Position numbers and translations under genes: made by a program. Shown one piece after another: positions 1 through 12,269 of a stretch of 64,000 bases of DNA. Source of the stretch: Mobula hypostoma (taxonomy: Eukaryota); assembly GCF_963921235.1 (NCBI RefSeq), contig NC_086107.1:108254001-108318000 (forward strand). Reading direction: 5' to 3'. The notes beneath the pieces are model-generated. The model saw only the letters and a list, made by a program, of their open reading frames with translations. It had not been told where the DNA came from and made no database searches. Within the stretch, counting starts at the first letter, position 1. The number at the start of each line of letters is the position of its first letter.

Positions 1-300
1 TTTACCTGTAGGGGTCTACAGGATGCATCGAAGGCTGCACTTTGGAGTACTGTATACAGCTTTGGTCTCCCTATTTACGGAAGACTATACAAGCATTGGA
101 AACTATCCAAAAGAGATTCACCAGGCTAAGTCATGGAACGAGGGAATTGTGCTCTGTGGAGCTTAGAAGAATGAGGGGTAATCTTACTGAAATGTAAATA
201 CCTAAGAGGCCACAGCAGAGGAAATGTCAAGACGTTTCTCTCAGAGGGAGGTTCTGAATGAGCAGAGGCAGTTACAAGATAATGGGACGTTCATTAAAGA
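1..300 (+). mobile_element. Degenerate CR1 LINE 3' ORF2 fragment
   Basis: Reads like LEYC-Q-WSP and RMRG-L-E motifs that are also present in the intact CR1 at 41340-43315. Confidence 0.65.
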
Positions 301-1099
301 TCATTTGCTACATGTACATCGAAACATGCAGTGAAACGTGTCGTTTCCATCAGATCAAATCAAAGAGCACAGAGTTTACTGATTTTCTTCATTAGCCTAC
401 CCTTGGACTGGAAATTTCACCTCTTGTTTGAACATGGATGCACATTTTGTATCTATAATAATGTCCACATCCATGTTGCTAATTGCAATGTTAATGTTTG
501 TGGGGGAGAGTGGATTGTGACACCGAAGCTAAATTGCGAGGTTAATCGAGAGCTAGATTGACCCTTCCCTACCATGCACCAACACCCCAGCCAATAACTT
601 CCCCTCCGATGTGTATCACCTCCATCAACACCCTCATACACACAAGGCTAATCCTCAGACCCTGGGCCCTGCCATCAAACACACAAGGCCAACCCTCCGA
701 CTCTAGGGCCTCCCATCAACGCCCTAATACAAACAAGGCTAATCCTCAAACCCTCAGCCCTCCACCAATGTCCCGTGTCCCCAATACCCTGGAGGTTAAC
801 ACTCCATTTCCTTCTCTGATGCTCTCATACCCCTCAAACTCAAAAGGCAAGTTCTAATGTCTCTAAAGACAACATTCCATTATCACTCATCCCTTCTGCC
901 AACATTCACAAACCTCCACCACCCCACACCCTTATTTTCTCCACCCTGTCCTGTCCTCAGTGTCAAGGCAAGTGCTCAGTACTGACAACCCCAACCTCTC
1001 ATACATCTGCCTTCCAGCAACAAACCTCCCTAACCTCACCTTCAATACCAACCCCTACAGACACTATTCAAAGAGACCAGCTATCTGCTCACGTGAAAG

Positions 1100-1530
1100 A
1101 ACACAGAACATAGGATACTACAGCTTAGTACAGGCCATTCAATTCATGATGTTGTACTGCTCTTCTAACCAACTCCAAGATCAATCTAACCCTTCCCTCC
1201 TACATAGCTCTAATTTTTTCTATCACCCATGTGCCCATCTAAGAGTTTCTTAAATGCTCCTAAAGTATCTGCCTCTACCAGTGCCCCTGGCAGGGATTTC
1301 CATGGACCTTCTATGCTCTCTATATAAAACCTAACTCTGACATCTCTCCTATACTTTCCTCCAATCACCTTAAAATTATGTCCCCTTGTACCAGCCATTT
1401 GCACCCTGGGAAAAAGTCTCGGTTATTAATGCTTTTGATACCTCTGTATCATCTTGTACACCTCTATCAAGTCACTTCCATCCTCCTTCATCACAAAGAG
1501 AAAAGCCCCAGCTCGTCCAAACTGTAAGAC
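1100..1530 (-). mobile_element. CR1 LINE 3' fragment
   Basis: Minus strand gives TRGHNFKVIGGK...FKKLLDGHM, a CR1 C-terminal motif, followed by a CR1-type 3' UTR. Confidence 0.7.
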
Positions 1531-1691
1531 TCTCTAGTCCAGACAGAAGGGTTTTGCGAATAACTGGAGCTTATTTTTTTTTCTCAAATAGCATGATAAA
1601 CCAGTCCCCTTCTCTATTCTTATCCTCATGTTAGGTGGCCTCTGAGCAATGGGGAGAACACCTTCGGCCATTTGCGCATTCCTTCACCCAC

Positions 1692-1843
1692 CTGATGATG
1701 ACGATGATACCATCGAAAATGTTATAAGGGTTCCTCAGGTAGTTGAAGAAACCAAATGCAGTGAGCTTGAGAATCATCTCCAGGGCAAACATGCTGGTAA
1801 ATACGATATTGCTAATCTCCAAGACATTTGTCAGCTCCTCTGG
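1692..1843 (-). CDS. CACNA1I: CACNA1I coding exon, 152 nt, IIS2-IIS3 (about human exon 11)
   Basis: Acceptor ctcttcatctcttccag|[53 protein letters not shown]; donor AG|gtgggt, phase 2. Confidence 0.96.
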
Positions 1844-2139
1844 CTGGAAGAGATGAAGAGAAAGGACCGGATTAGACAGCTTGTCTCAGTCAGTAAGCTT
1901 CAGTTGCCCTGGGGAGTTGTGGGTGAGGGTGACAGGATTTTTCCTGGATTTTTGACTGTTGTCTGGAGTCAAGTTGTGTCCTGTTTACTGCCTTGAATGG
2001 AGCGCCCAGCAGGAATTATTAACAACCCAACCGTTCACTTAGAAAGGCAACTGTTAGGATCTTCCTCTTTCTTACTTGTACAGAGGGCGGATGGAGCATG
2101 GGAATTCTCAACATCAGATGCCTATGGGCACTCAGTCAC

Positions 2140-2430
2140 TGAGGGCGGCACGGTAGGATAGTGGTTGGCACGCTTTACAGTGCGGGTGACCTGGGCTCAC
2201 TTCCCACCGCTGCCTCTAAGGAGTTTGTACGTTTTCCCCGTGACCGCGTGGGTTTCCTCCGGGTGCTCCAGTTTCCTCCCACAGTCCAAAGACATACCAG
2301 CTGGCAGGTTAACTGGTCATTGTAAGTTGTCCCCTGATTAGGCTAGCATTAAATTGGTGGGTGGCTGAGTGGCGGGGCGCAAAGAGCTAAATGGCCTATT
2401 GTGCGCTGTACCTCAATAAATAAATCAATA
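2140..2430 (+). mobile_element. tRNA-derived V-SINE (HE1-like). Further copies near 3505(-), 5200(-), 6300-6730(-), 18510(+), 25380(+), 27130(+), 27980(-), 30620(-), 45530(-), 52145(+), 58570(-), 59880(-)
   Basis: V-domain GTGGGTTTCCTCCGGGTGCTCCAGTTTCCTCCCACAGTCCAAAGA behind a tRNA-like head, with an (AAAT)n tail; many copies in the window. Confidence 0.8.
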
Positions 2431-2619
2431 AGTAAAATATATTCATGACTACAATCCATGACTTGTTGTCCTCTATAGGACAGGGGATCAAGCATGGCAC
2501 ACTCCTCCCCTTTCTATACAGACATTTTATTCATTTTTATTTAAAGATACAGCATGAGCCCATGTCACCCAATTACATCCACGTGACCAATCACCCTACT
2601 GATTCAAAACTCAGAAAAT

Positions 2620-3510
2620 GTATTGCTTGGGTGGCTGAGCTGTTCTCTGATCTTGGAAATCAATTTGAAAACGTTTCATCAGCACACGAGGAGACATAAG
2701 AGCAAAAGAAATAGGAGCAGGAGTCAGCCATCTGGCCCATCGAGCCTGCTCTTCCATTCAATAAGATCATGGTTGACCTGACCATGGACTCATCTCCACC
2801 TGCCTGCCTTTTCTCCATAACCCTTAATTCCCCAACTATGCAAAAATCTATCTAACCTTGTCTTAAGTATATTTACTGAGGTAGCCTCCACTGCTTCATT
2901 GGGCAGAGAATTCCACAGATTCACCGCTCTCTGGGAAAGGCAGTTCCTCCTCATCTCCATCCTAAATTGACTCCTTGAATCTTGAGGCTTTTTCCCCTAG
3001 TTCTAGTCTCACCTACCAATTTTCTTGCCTCTATCTTATCTGTCCCTTTCATAATTTTATATATTTCTATAAGATCTCCCCTCATCCTTCTGTGTGTATC
3101 ATCAGTGTGCTGTTCATTTGTGGCGTGTCCTCCGAATGCTTGGCCTTATTTATCAATCAGCTGATGGGTAATCACTATGGAAACTGAATTGTGATGGAGA
3201 GAGGGGTTCTCATCACTGATTGGTTGTGTGGTGAACTTGATGCGCTGTGGTCTGGAATTTTGCCTGTATTGGCTTATAAACAGGATCGACGGATATGTAG
3301 ACCTTCATCCTATTTATCAGCCGATGTGGGTGAAATTCCAGACCACAATAAACAGAGTTTGCCACACAACCAATCGGCGATGGAACCTCCCCCGTAATGT
3401 CGACCAATCAGCTGATTGACAAGTATATAAAGGCCAAGCATTCGGAGGTCAGACCACAGTTAGCAGCGCACTGATGATGTCTCCTCATACGGTGGCAAAA
3501 CGTATTTGGA
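2620..3510. mobile_element. Fold-back Penelope-like remnant (family B), interrupted by a CR1 fragment
   Basis: Inverted arms 3095-3260 and 3330-3480 around a centre near 3290; both strands give GIY-YIG C-terminal-like peptides (VDLHPIYQPM, ISVDPVYKPI); CTGATGATGTCTCC hammerhead-like core near 3471. Confidence 0.6.
2694..3090 (-). mobile_element. CR1 LINE 3' fragment, same subfamily as 44553-45040
   Basis: Close sequence match to 44553-45040; RMRGDLIE motif and TCTTATG-type tail. Confidence 0.8.
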
Positions 3511-4700
3511 ATGTGGGTGGAAACCAGAGCACCCAGAGGAAACCCACATGGTCACGGGGAGAACGTACAAACTTCCTACAGACGGTGGGGGAATTGAACC
3601 TGCGTCGCTGGCGGCGTAATAGCATTACACTAGCCATGCCAGCCCGTCCGTTCCTCAACAATTGTGGGACCAGTAAAGAATGAGCAAGAACGGAATGATC
3701 CTGCCCGCGACCCCGTCAGGAATTGACTCGCCCACATCTCTGAAGCAATTCTGGTTCTTCTGGCTATAATAGCAAGTGAGGAGATAAAACTTATTTGCAG
3801 GTAGTGGCTTGTGCTTTCCGAGATCAATAATAATTTGCTGCGATCATCTATGATTCATGATACATTAACGTTGTTGTCACGGTAATGGAAGTGGAACATT
3901 AATCCATCTCAGCTAAATCTAACTCTCTTTTCACAAGTACAGTGGTTAGAGGCAAATCCCTGTCAACTTCATTCAAACATAAAATCCCAATACCCAACAA
4001 TGATTGTGCTAATGACGTTATCTTAAACTTGATCATTTAATGAACCCCAAACAGCTCAGGTCGATTGATGTTGCCAGTCCTATTTTAGCATGTTGGAGAG
4101 AGTGGCAAAACTAGATTTCTCTAGGAATGTGATTCCGTTCTTTAAGCTCCTCGGGGAAGTGCAGTTCCAGCCTCTGAATTCCTTCTTTAGAATCAGAATC
4201 AAGTTTAGTATCACCGGCATATTTCATGAAATTTGTTGACTTTGGGGCAGCAGTACAATGCAATACATAATAATAGAAAAAAATCTATTATTTTTTGCAG
4301 TAAGTTGTATTGCAGTAAGTATATATATTGCAGTAAGTATATATATAATAGTTAAATTAAATAAGCAGTGCAAAAGCTGAAACTTGGGAAAAAAACTGAG
4401 GTTCAATGTCCATTCAGAAATCTGATCGCAGAGGGGAAGAAGCTATTCCTGAATCACTGAGTGTTTGTCTTCGGGCTCCTATACCTCCTTCCTGATGGTA
4501 GCAATGAGAAGAGGGCATGACTTGGGTGATGGGGATCCTTAATGATGGATGCCGCCCATTTGAGACACCACTTCTTGAAGATGGCCTGGATACCGTGGAG
4601 GGCAGTGCCCACGATGGAGCTGACTATGTTTACAACTCTCTGCATCTTACTTTGATCCTGTGCAGTAGCCCCATTCCCGTACCAGATGGTGATGCAGCCA

Positions 4701-4965
4701 ACACACACAAAAAATGCTGGTGGAACGCAGCAGGCCAGGCAGCATCTATAGGAAGAGGTACAGTCAATGTTTCGGGCTGGGACCCTTTCTTCAGGACTAA
4801 CTGAAAGAAGAGATCTCTTCTTTCAAGTTAGTCCTGATGAAGGGTCCTGGCCCGAAACGTCAACTGTACCTCTTCCTATAGATGCTGCCTGGCCTGCTGC
4901 GTTCCACCAGCATTTTTTGTGTGTGTTCTTTGAATTTCCAGCATCTGCAGATTTCCTCGTGTTCA
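4701..4965. mobile_element. Penelope-like (family A) inverted terminal-repeat cassette with two hammerhead motifs and a 9-bp TSD
   Basis: Arms about 4702-4813 and 4814-4927 are reverse complements around GAAAGAAGAGA|TCTCTTCTTTC; ATGCAGCCA is duplicated at 4692-4700 and 4966-4974. Confidence 0.8.
4829..4866 (+). ncRNA. Minimal type I hammerhead ribozyme motif (Penelope-type)
   Basis: TAGTC-CTGATGA-A-GGG-tcctgg-CCC-GAAA-CGTC-AACTG: CUGANGA and GAAA core, stem II, ACGU palindromic stem III, GUC site; one stem I mismatch. Confidence 0.7.
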
Positions 4966-5669
4966 ATGCAGCCAGTTAGAATGCCCTTCACAGTACATAT
5001 GTCGCCATCCTTTTGCCACTGAGAATTCCCTCAAAGCTCCCACCTCACCAACCCACAGAAATATACTATTTGGTCTAACTATTCAGTTGATGATGCTCTT
5101 GCTGGAGGAAATGAGAGCTATTTAGTCAAATCCCATTACCCAGCTCCTGATCTTCAGGTCTGTAGGTTACAGTACAGAAAATACTTTAAAAAAATTTATT
5201 GAGTGAGATACAGTGCGGAATAAGACCCCGCGGCCCTACGATCTGTGCCGCCCAGCAATCCCCTGATTGAATCTTAGCTTAAACATGAGAGAACTTACAA
5301 TGAACAATTAACACACCAACCAATACGTCTTTAGACTGTGGGAGGAAACCGGAGCACCCGGAGGGAACCCACGCGGTCACGGGGAGAACGCACAAACTCA
5401 TTATTGAACCCGGGTAGCTGGTGCTGTAAAGCATCGTGCTAACTACTATGCTGAAGTGCCACTTTCACCATCACTTTATTTTCTACACCAAGTTTCAGAG
5501 TGATGCTCCTCTTTGATTGAGACTATTTCTCCTCAACTCCCCTGTTGCCTTTCACTTTAGATCTTCCCTGCTGGGAAAATTATAATCTGCCTTTCTATTG
5601 AAATAAAAACAGCATATAATCTGCTCTCCATGACTAGGAATCTAGATAAGAGACTCAAAACAATTTTAC

Positions 5670-5890
5670 TGTCCCCATGATCTGCTCTTTATCAAATTAT
5701 GGTATTGCTTTGCACTGCTGTAACTATATGTTATAATTATGTGGTTCTGTCAGTATTAGTCTTTGGTTTGCCCTGTTTTTCTGTGATATCACTCTGGAGG
5801 AACATTGTATCATTTCTTAATGCATGCATGTATTTCTAAATGACAGTAAACAAGGATTGAGTGTTCTCATAATCTAAAAAAATCTAAAAA
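5670..5890 (+). mobile_element. 5'-truncated copy of the 12270-12952 element
   Basis: Reverse complement of about 12280-12480. Confidence 0.75.
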
Positions 5891-6210
5891 ATAATCTTGA
5901 AGAAATCTCACTTCAGACTTTTCATTCCTAAAGCAAGCTATCCTAGACTAGCAGATCTTGTCTCATAGATTGTCCAGGAGAGACAACATTCCCTTCTGAA
6001 GCCTTGGCCAGGCAACGTGACAATCAAGATGTTGCAGCATCCAGACTGTATTTAATGTTTAGTAAAGTATCCCCTGCATGGGTCATACTTCCCAGTACCT
6101 CAAATCTGTTTGGCATTTGCACAGGAGGTTCTGCATGGCCTCAGCAGAGTGAGGTCTTGATCCAGCTGCAAGGAATATGATCAACTGGAAACCAGGGTCT
6201 ACAGTATGCA

Positions 6211-6211
<1 letters not shown>

Positions 6212-6252
<41 letters not shown>

Positions 6253-6260
6253 ACACACAC
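6212..6260. repeat. (CA)n microsatellite
   Basis: Visible directly in the sequence. Confidence 0.95.
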
Positions 6261-6984
6261 GCTCATGGACAATGTACAGATGCCCACCCACAATCTCGTA
6301 AGATTGAAGATTAGCTGTACTTGTCACAGGTACATCGAAGCATACCATGAAATGTGTCGTTTGCGTCAAATCAGGGTTGTGCTGGGTAGCCCACAAGTGT
6401 TGCTACATAGCATGCCAACAACTCACTTACTCTAACCATATGACTTTAGAGTGTGGGAGGAAACCAGACCACCTATAGGAAACCCACACGATTACAGGGA
6501 GAACAGACAAGACAGTGGCAGGAATCAAACCCGATTCTTACAGCCACTGCTATAAAGCAATTACGCTAACCGCTACTCCATCATGCCACTGTGGAATGTG
6601 GGAGGAAACTGGAGCACCTGGAGGAAAACCAAATAGTCATGGGGAGAGCATACAAACTCCTTATAGACAGCAGCGGGAATTGAACATCTAACAGCTGCTG
6701 CAGCAAAGCAATAGCACAAACTGTTATGCTACCCAGAATGACTCTAAGTGAACATACACTTGCCAATGAGCTCTTCCAGAACCCTCATTCTTTAGTCACC
6801 TCTCCCTTCAATAACTCCACCACTGGAAATTGTGCTCTGGAGTACTATTCCCATACCTCTCCTCTTCCCTACTTCTAAGCTGCTTAATGAAACCACCATC
6901 ATTGACCAAAATAGTTTTCATCAACCTCCTCGTTGTTCCGGGCACCATTTTCCCTCTGGTACCACTCTTGTGCCCTCCAGGAAG

Positions 6985-7390
6985 ATTACAACCTTGTCGT
7001 GGTTTGGAGGCTTGCGTGCTTCAGTGACCTGGAGTGCAGTGTAGGCTGAAGTCAGGGCTTTTTGCTTTGGTCCGTGGTAGGGTCACCCATGCCGAACTGG
7101 TCAGAGGGTAGAGGACAGATTAAGAGTGGTCCACCGGTCTTCCAGGTTCAGGGGGTCAGCTCAGGGCTAACAACTCTGACTGGTCAAAACATTGTTTCAG
7201 AAACAGCAATGAAGAATCCTCCTGCACCTGAGTGTGACGGTATTCCTGAGTCTCCATCCAGGACCTGCGTGACCGACAGTAGTGAAAACCAAGAGGAAGC
7301 TACTGACACCATGAAGGAAGTCCTGAACACCACCAGAGATGGAGGACCTTCATTGCTGCCCGGAAACGCCAGTGGCATTGCAGGCACCTT
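6985..7390 (+). mobile_element. RTE/Expander-derived non-autonomous element; further copies about 46155-46560 and 61410-61800
   Basis: Three homologous copies starting AACCTTGTCGTGGTTTGGAGGCTTGCG...GGTAGGGTCACCCATGCC and ending GGAGGACCTTCATTGCTGCCC. Confidence 0.65.
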
Positions 7391-8124
7391 GAACACTCTT
7401 GTGCACTATTTAGTTACAATAAAGGCACACTATGAATAGGAGTGGCCGTGCTATGCGATAAGGGAGCAGGTACTTAGGACTGAGGTGTGTAGAACTTCCT
7501 TTTGCGGAGAGTGGCGAGTCTCTGGGATTCTTTTCTCTGGCGGGCTGAGGAGAGTGGATCACTGGAGATATTTAAAGAGATTAAGACTGGGAAGTGAGAG
7601 CTCTGGGGAATTGGCGCAGAGGAGGGTGTGAAGCCTAGGGCAGACCAGTCACTGTTGTGGTAGTTCATGGGTTAATCCTACGCCACTCAGTTAGCCTCTT
7701 GCACACGGGAGGAGTTCACACGTTGTCCAAGCAGAGTAACCGTGCAGTCGAATAGCCCGCATGCTGTCATGCTGGTGTGCTCTGCACCCTCCCTCATAAA
7801 CAGCACAAGAGCTTTGATGGTATTGAATGGTGAGGTGGGGTCAAGGAACTGCTCCTAATTTCTTCTGCTTTCACATACAATCTTTAGAGCACTTAGATCA
7901 GATCACCCTGCTGCCTCACACTGCAAGAGACTACAAGTCGGGGTCATGTCACCTGCCCTGGTAATTCAATCCTCTGGGATCTGGTTACTGGCACTTAAAG
8001 AAACTCTTCGGTGATTTCACCCGTCATTGAAAAAAACAATAAAATCCACCTTAGCCCAGACTGCCAGCTCACGACAAGGTGTCACAAACAAGACGCGTGT
8101 CCAGAAGAAATGGTCAGTTCAGAT

Positions 8125-8770
8125 TCTCATAAACACAGGAGATTCTGTGGGTACTGGTAACACACACAAAACTGCTGTAGAAACTCAGCAGGTCAGGCAG
8201 CATCTATGGAAAGGAATAAAGAGTCAATGTTTCGGGCCAGGACTCTTCATGAGGACTGGAAAGTTAGGGGGAAGAAGCCAGAATAAGGTGGCAGCAGGGG
8301 AAGAAGTGCAAGCTGGCACAGAACAGGTGAAACCAGGTGAGGGAGAAGGTAGGTGGGGTGAAGTGAGAAGCTGTGAGGTGATAGGTTGGAAAAGGTAAAG
8401 GGCTGAAGAAGAAGGAATCTGATAGGAGAGGAGAGTGGACCATGGGAGAAAGGGGAGGAGGAGGGGCAGCGTGGGGAGGTGATTGGCAGGTGAGGAGTAG
8501 AGAATAGGCAAGAGGGGAGCCAGAATGGGGAATGGAAGGAGAGAGAAGGGAAGAGGGAAAATATTACCAGAAGTTTGAGAAATCAATGTTCATGCCATCA
8601 AGTTGGAGGCGAAAGAATATGAGGTGTTGTTCTTTCAACCTGAGAGTGGTTTCAACTTGGCAGTAAAGAAAGCCACGGACTGACAAGTTGGAAAGGGAAT
8701 GGGGATTGCAATTAAAATGGTTGGCCATTGGGAAATCCTGCTTGCTGCGGATGGAGCGAAGGTGCTTGTA
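8125..8770 (-). mobile_element. Penelope-like (family A) 3' fragment with degenerate hammerhead
   Basis: Minus strand LQ(P)DGMNIDFSNFW C-terminus, a pyrimidine-rich UTR and a terminal GAAGAGTCCTGGCCCGAAACATTGAC motif. Confidence 0.7.
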
Positions 8771-9999
8771 AGTTCACATTCTCGTACCGGGTTAGCCCCT
8801 TCATTGCATGGCTGTTAATATTTGCTCCGCAACAATAAATGATTCTAACTTGTACAAGCAACGCTGCGAGGAAAAGCGTTAAGCCATCACTGTTAAAAAA
8901 GCATAGGTGATGAAAATATTTTGCAACCTTATCACCTACTTGAGAATGCATTAATTACGTAGCGAATAGTTGACAGTTTCATACAATCAGATCGTGGGAT
9001 TTATTATTGTGTGTGTGTTTTTGTTATTCAAATGTAATTATGTATGCTAATAAACTTCTTCTCTGAACAGAGCATTAGTTCATTATTAAAAACCTCCTTG
9101 ACAACAGGACATTTCCTCTTCTTCAACCCCCGTCTCTCTGTGCAGCTGGGAAAATGTCAAAAATACGCCAGCATTCAAGAGTAAATTATCCACTGCTTTG
9201 CATCAGGCTCTGGTCTCTTGAAAAGCTCATCAAATTCTCATAAAATGCTGATTAACTGAACAAAGATGTTGGCTGCCTCGCTACAAATGAGTAATTACAG
9301 ACATAAATCGCAACAAATCCTTTCATATTTGTTAGGCTCCGTCTCCCTCTCTCTCAGGGAGGACAAGCCCTCTCCCGAGCTGAATGGTTTTGTTTGTGTC
9401 CAAGGGTATGTGCTCAGTGAGTCACCAGGAAAAGCTGAAATTAGTAAATAAGGCTAAATGTTGGAGATAACCCAGTTTCTTAAATAATAAGAAGGATTAT
9501 CAGAATCAGGTTCAATATCACCAGCGTATGTCGTGAAATTTAACCTTGTGGCAGCAGTACCTTGCAATATGTAATAATAGAAAAGAAAGAAAAAAACTGT
9601 GAGTTACAGTAAGTAGTGCTAAGTAAAATAAGAAAATGTAGGGAGGTAGTGATCATGGGTTCAATGTTCATTTAGGAATCTGATGGCAGAGGGGAAGAAG
9701 TTGTTCCTGAATCATTGAGTGTGTGCCTTCAGGCTCCTGTACCACCTTCCTGATGGTAGCAATAAGAAGGCAGTACATTCTGGATTGTAGGGCTCCCTAA
9801 TGCCTCTAATCTCCAGAATTCCCTCCATTAAGCCATTTGGTTTCTCCCTCCTCTTCTGTGTCTCCAACCCAGCTTTTGGTTCTGGCTTGGCATCAGTCTC
9901 TGCCTGAAAATGGTTCCTTGATGAAAGTTGAGGGAACAAGCAGAGTTAGGGTCAACAGTTAGAAAATTCGTTCAGGCTTAGTCCATCCCGGGAAAAGTA

Positions 10000-10795
10000 T
10001 GAGGCGTGATTCACTTTGGAGGGCTGAACTTGAAGGCAGGGTACAGGGTTAATAGGAGGATTCTAGGGAGTGTGGAGGAACAGAGGGAACTTGGGACCTA
10101 CGTCTATAGATCCCTCAAAGTTGTCACTGAGTTCAAGAACCGAGGGTAATGTTGCAGCTCTATAAAACCCTGGTTAGGCATACTTGGAATATCGTGTTCA
10201 GTTCTGATCATCCCATTATAGGACGGATGTGGAAGCTTTGGAGAGGGTGCAGAGGAGATTTACCAGGATGCTGCCTGGATTGGAGAGCATGTCTTATAAA
10301 GAGCTGCCTGGATTGGAGAGCATGTCTTATAAAGAGCTGCCTGGATTGGAGAGCATGTCTTATAAAGAGCTGCCTGGATAGGACAGCATGTCTTATGAGT
10401 GAGTTAGGGCTTTTGTCTTTGAAGCACAGAAGGGTGAGAGATGATTTGAGAGATGTGCACAAGGTGATAAGAGGCATAGATCAAGAGGGCAGTGAGAGAC
10501 TTTTCCCCAGGGCAGAAGTGACTAATAGGAGGAGGCAAAATTTTAAGCTGATTGGAGGAAAGAATAGTGGGGCTGTCAGAGGTATGTTATTACATAGAGT
10601 GCAGTGGGTGTATGGAACGGTATGTACAGCTAGTGGTAGAGGCAGATAAATTAGCAATATTTATGAGATTCTTAGATAGACACATTGATGATAGAAAAAT
10701 GGAAGGCTATGTAGGAGGGGAGAGTTAGATTGATCTTAGAGTAGACAGAGCATCATGGATCGAAGGACCTGTACTGTTTTACTGTATGTTCTAGT
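10000..10795 (+). mobile_element. CR1 LINE 3' fragment with an internal 33-bp unit repeated about 4 times (10270-10400)
   Basis: MLQLYKTLVR and RVRDDLRDVHK motifs; GCTGCCTGGATTGGAGAGCATGTCTTATAAAGA repeated. Confidence 0.75.
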
Positions 10796-11344
10796 TTTCT
10801 GACTGTTCTTCACAGGAGGATGAAGGCAGAAGGGTTGTGTTACTGGTGACTATAATATTATAGTTAAAAAAACATCTTGTTAAGTTTATTTTGATAGGCT
10901 TAGGGATTCTGTGTTACTTGTATTATTTAAGTAGACTCCTGATTAGAGCTAATCACGGGGTCCTAGTTCTGAGAATGTTACGTCTCATGGTGTCGCTCGG
11001 CCAAGCCACCAATGTTCCGTTGGAATTCTTTTGAATAAACGTATCGCTCTCTCTACCTTAGAGTCTGACTTCCCTCCGTACCTGGATTCCAATATTGCCA
11101 GCTCACATCGTGACACCCAGTGACTACATGGGTTTGATCCGGGTGTTCTACTTCCCTCCCACATTCAAAAAGGACCTTTTTGGAAAGTGGGTATCAGTCA
11201 GGGTTAGTAAGTTATGGGTACACTTTGTCGGAGTTGGAAGTGTGGTGACATTTGTGGGCTGCCCCCAGCACAATCCTTGGACTGTGTGGGTCGTTAACGC
11301 AAGACAGCACATTCAACTGATCTTTAATCTAATATCTGACAAGG

Positions 11345-11952
11345 TGTCATAAGGTGGTGGCTGGGAACGGACCCAAGTGCAAGACACAGACACTGAAGTA
11401 CTAGGGACAGGACTAGGATACAGGGTGAGGGCTAGGACATGGACACAAAAACCGGGAACCCAGAACAGGACAGGACAAGAGAGCTAGGAGCTAGGTCTTG
11501 GACTCCGAGCCAGAGACTGGACAAAGACCCAGAACCTGGGTCTTGCCTCTGGCTCGGACACCAGAACTAGGCAAGGACGTGACTTGGCTGGCAGACAGGA
11601 CGAGGCTGGAGTCTTCAGGCTTGAGACTTGAGGCGAGGCTAGAGACCAGAGACTTGAGGCGAGGCTAGAGACCAGAGACTTGAGGCGAGGCTAGAGACCA
11701 GAGATTTGAGTCTACAGGCTTGAGGCTTGGGGTCTTGAAGCTTGGCTTGGGGCAAGGCTCGGCTAGACAAGAACAATCCAGCAGCCATGCCCTGGTCTCT
11801 GGAGTTATTTATGCAGCCAGCCCCAACAAGAATCAGCTGCCTCATTTAGTGCTCAACAGGAACAGAAACAGGGTGGACAGGAAAACCTGGAGCAAGGGTC
11901 GATGGACCGGACCGTGAATTGGAATGCGGACTTCACGGACCAGACCATGACA
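11345..11952. mobile_element. Solo LTR (probably Gypsy-type) with 5-bp TSD
   Basis: TGTCAT...ATGACA termini; CAAGG duplicated at 11340-11344 and 11953-11957; internal 26-bp unit repeated 3 times. Confidence 0.8.
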
Positions 11953-12269
11953 CAAGGCTCGGCAAGCCACTCAGTTGTCAAGAAAGCAGACTACTTCCAA
12001 GAGTGATGGGTTAGACAATAAGGGCTGCTCTGCTCCTAGAGCAGTGATAAGTGTCGAGCCATTGTTCCCTTCCATTACATTTCTCTCTGTCATTTATTTT
12101 TACAAGATATTAAGTGGTTGAAAAATAGACAATTCCCCCTTCTGATAGAAAGCCTCAGCCTAAAATATTGACTGTTTATAACCTTCCTTAGATGTTTGAC
12201 TTGTGGAGTTCTTTCAGCATTTTGTTCTCTGTTCTGACTCCCTATACTAATCCACTTTAATTGGTATAT

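Larger units (their letters stand above)
4190..5000 (-). mobile_element. Rex1/L2-type LINE 3' fragment, host of the 4701-4965 insertion
   Basis: ORF GCITIWYGN...AASIIKDPHHPSHALFSLLPSGRRYRS; TGATTC-type tail near 4190. Confidence 0.75.

Noticed and set aside
10838..11115. Possible solo LTR (TGTTAC...GTGACA with AATAAA); similar case at 15007-15647
   Set aside because: No target-site duplication and imperfect termini, so not supportable.
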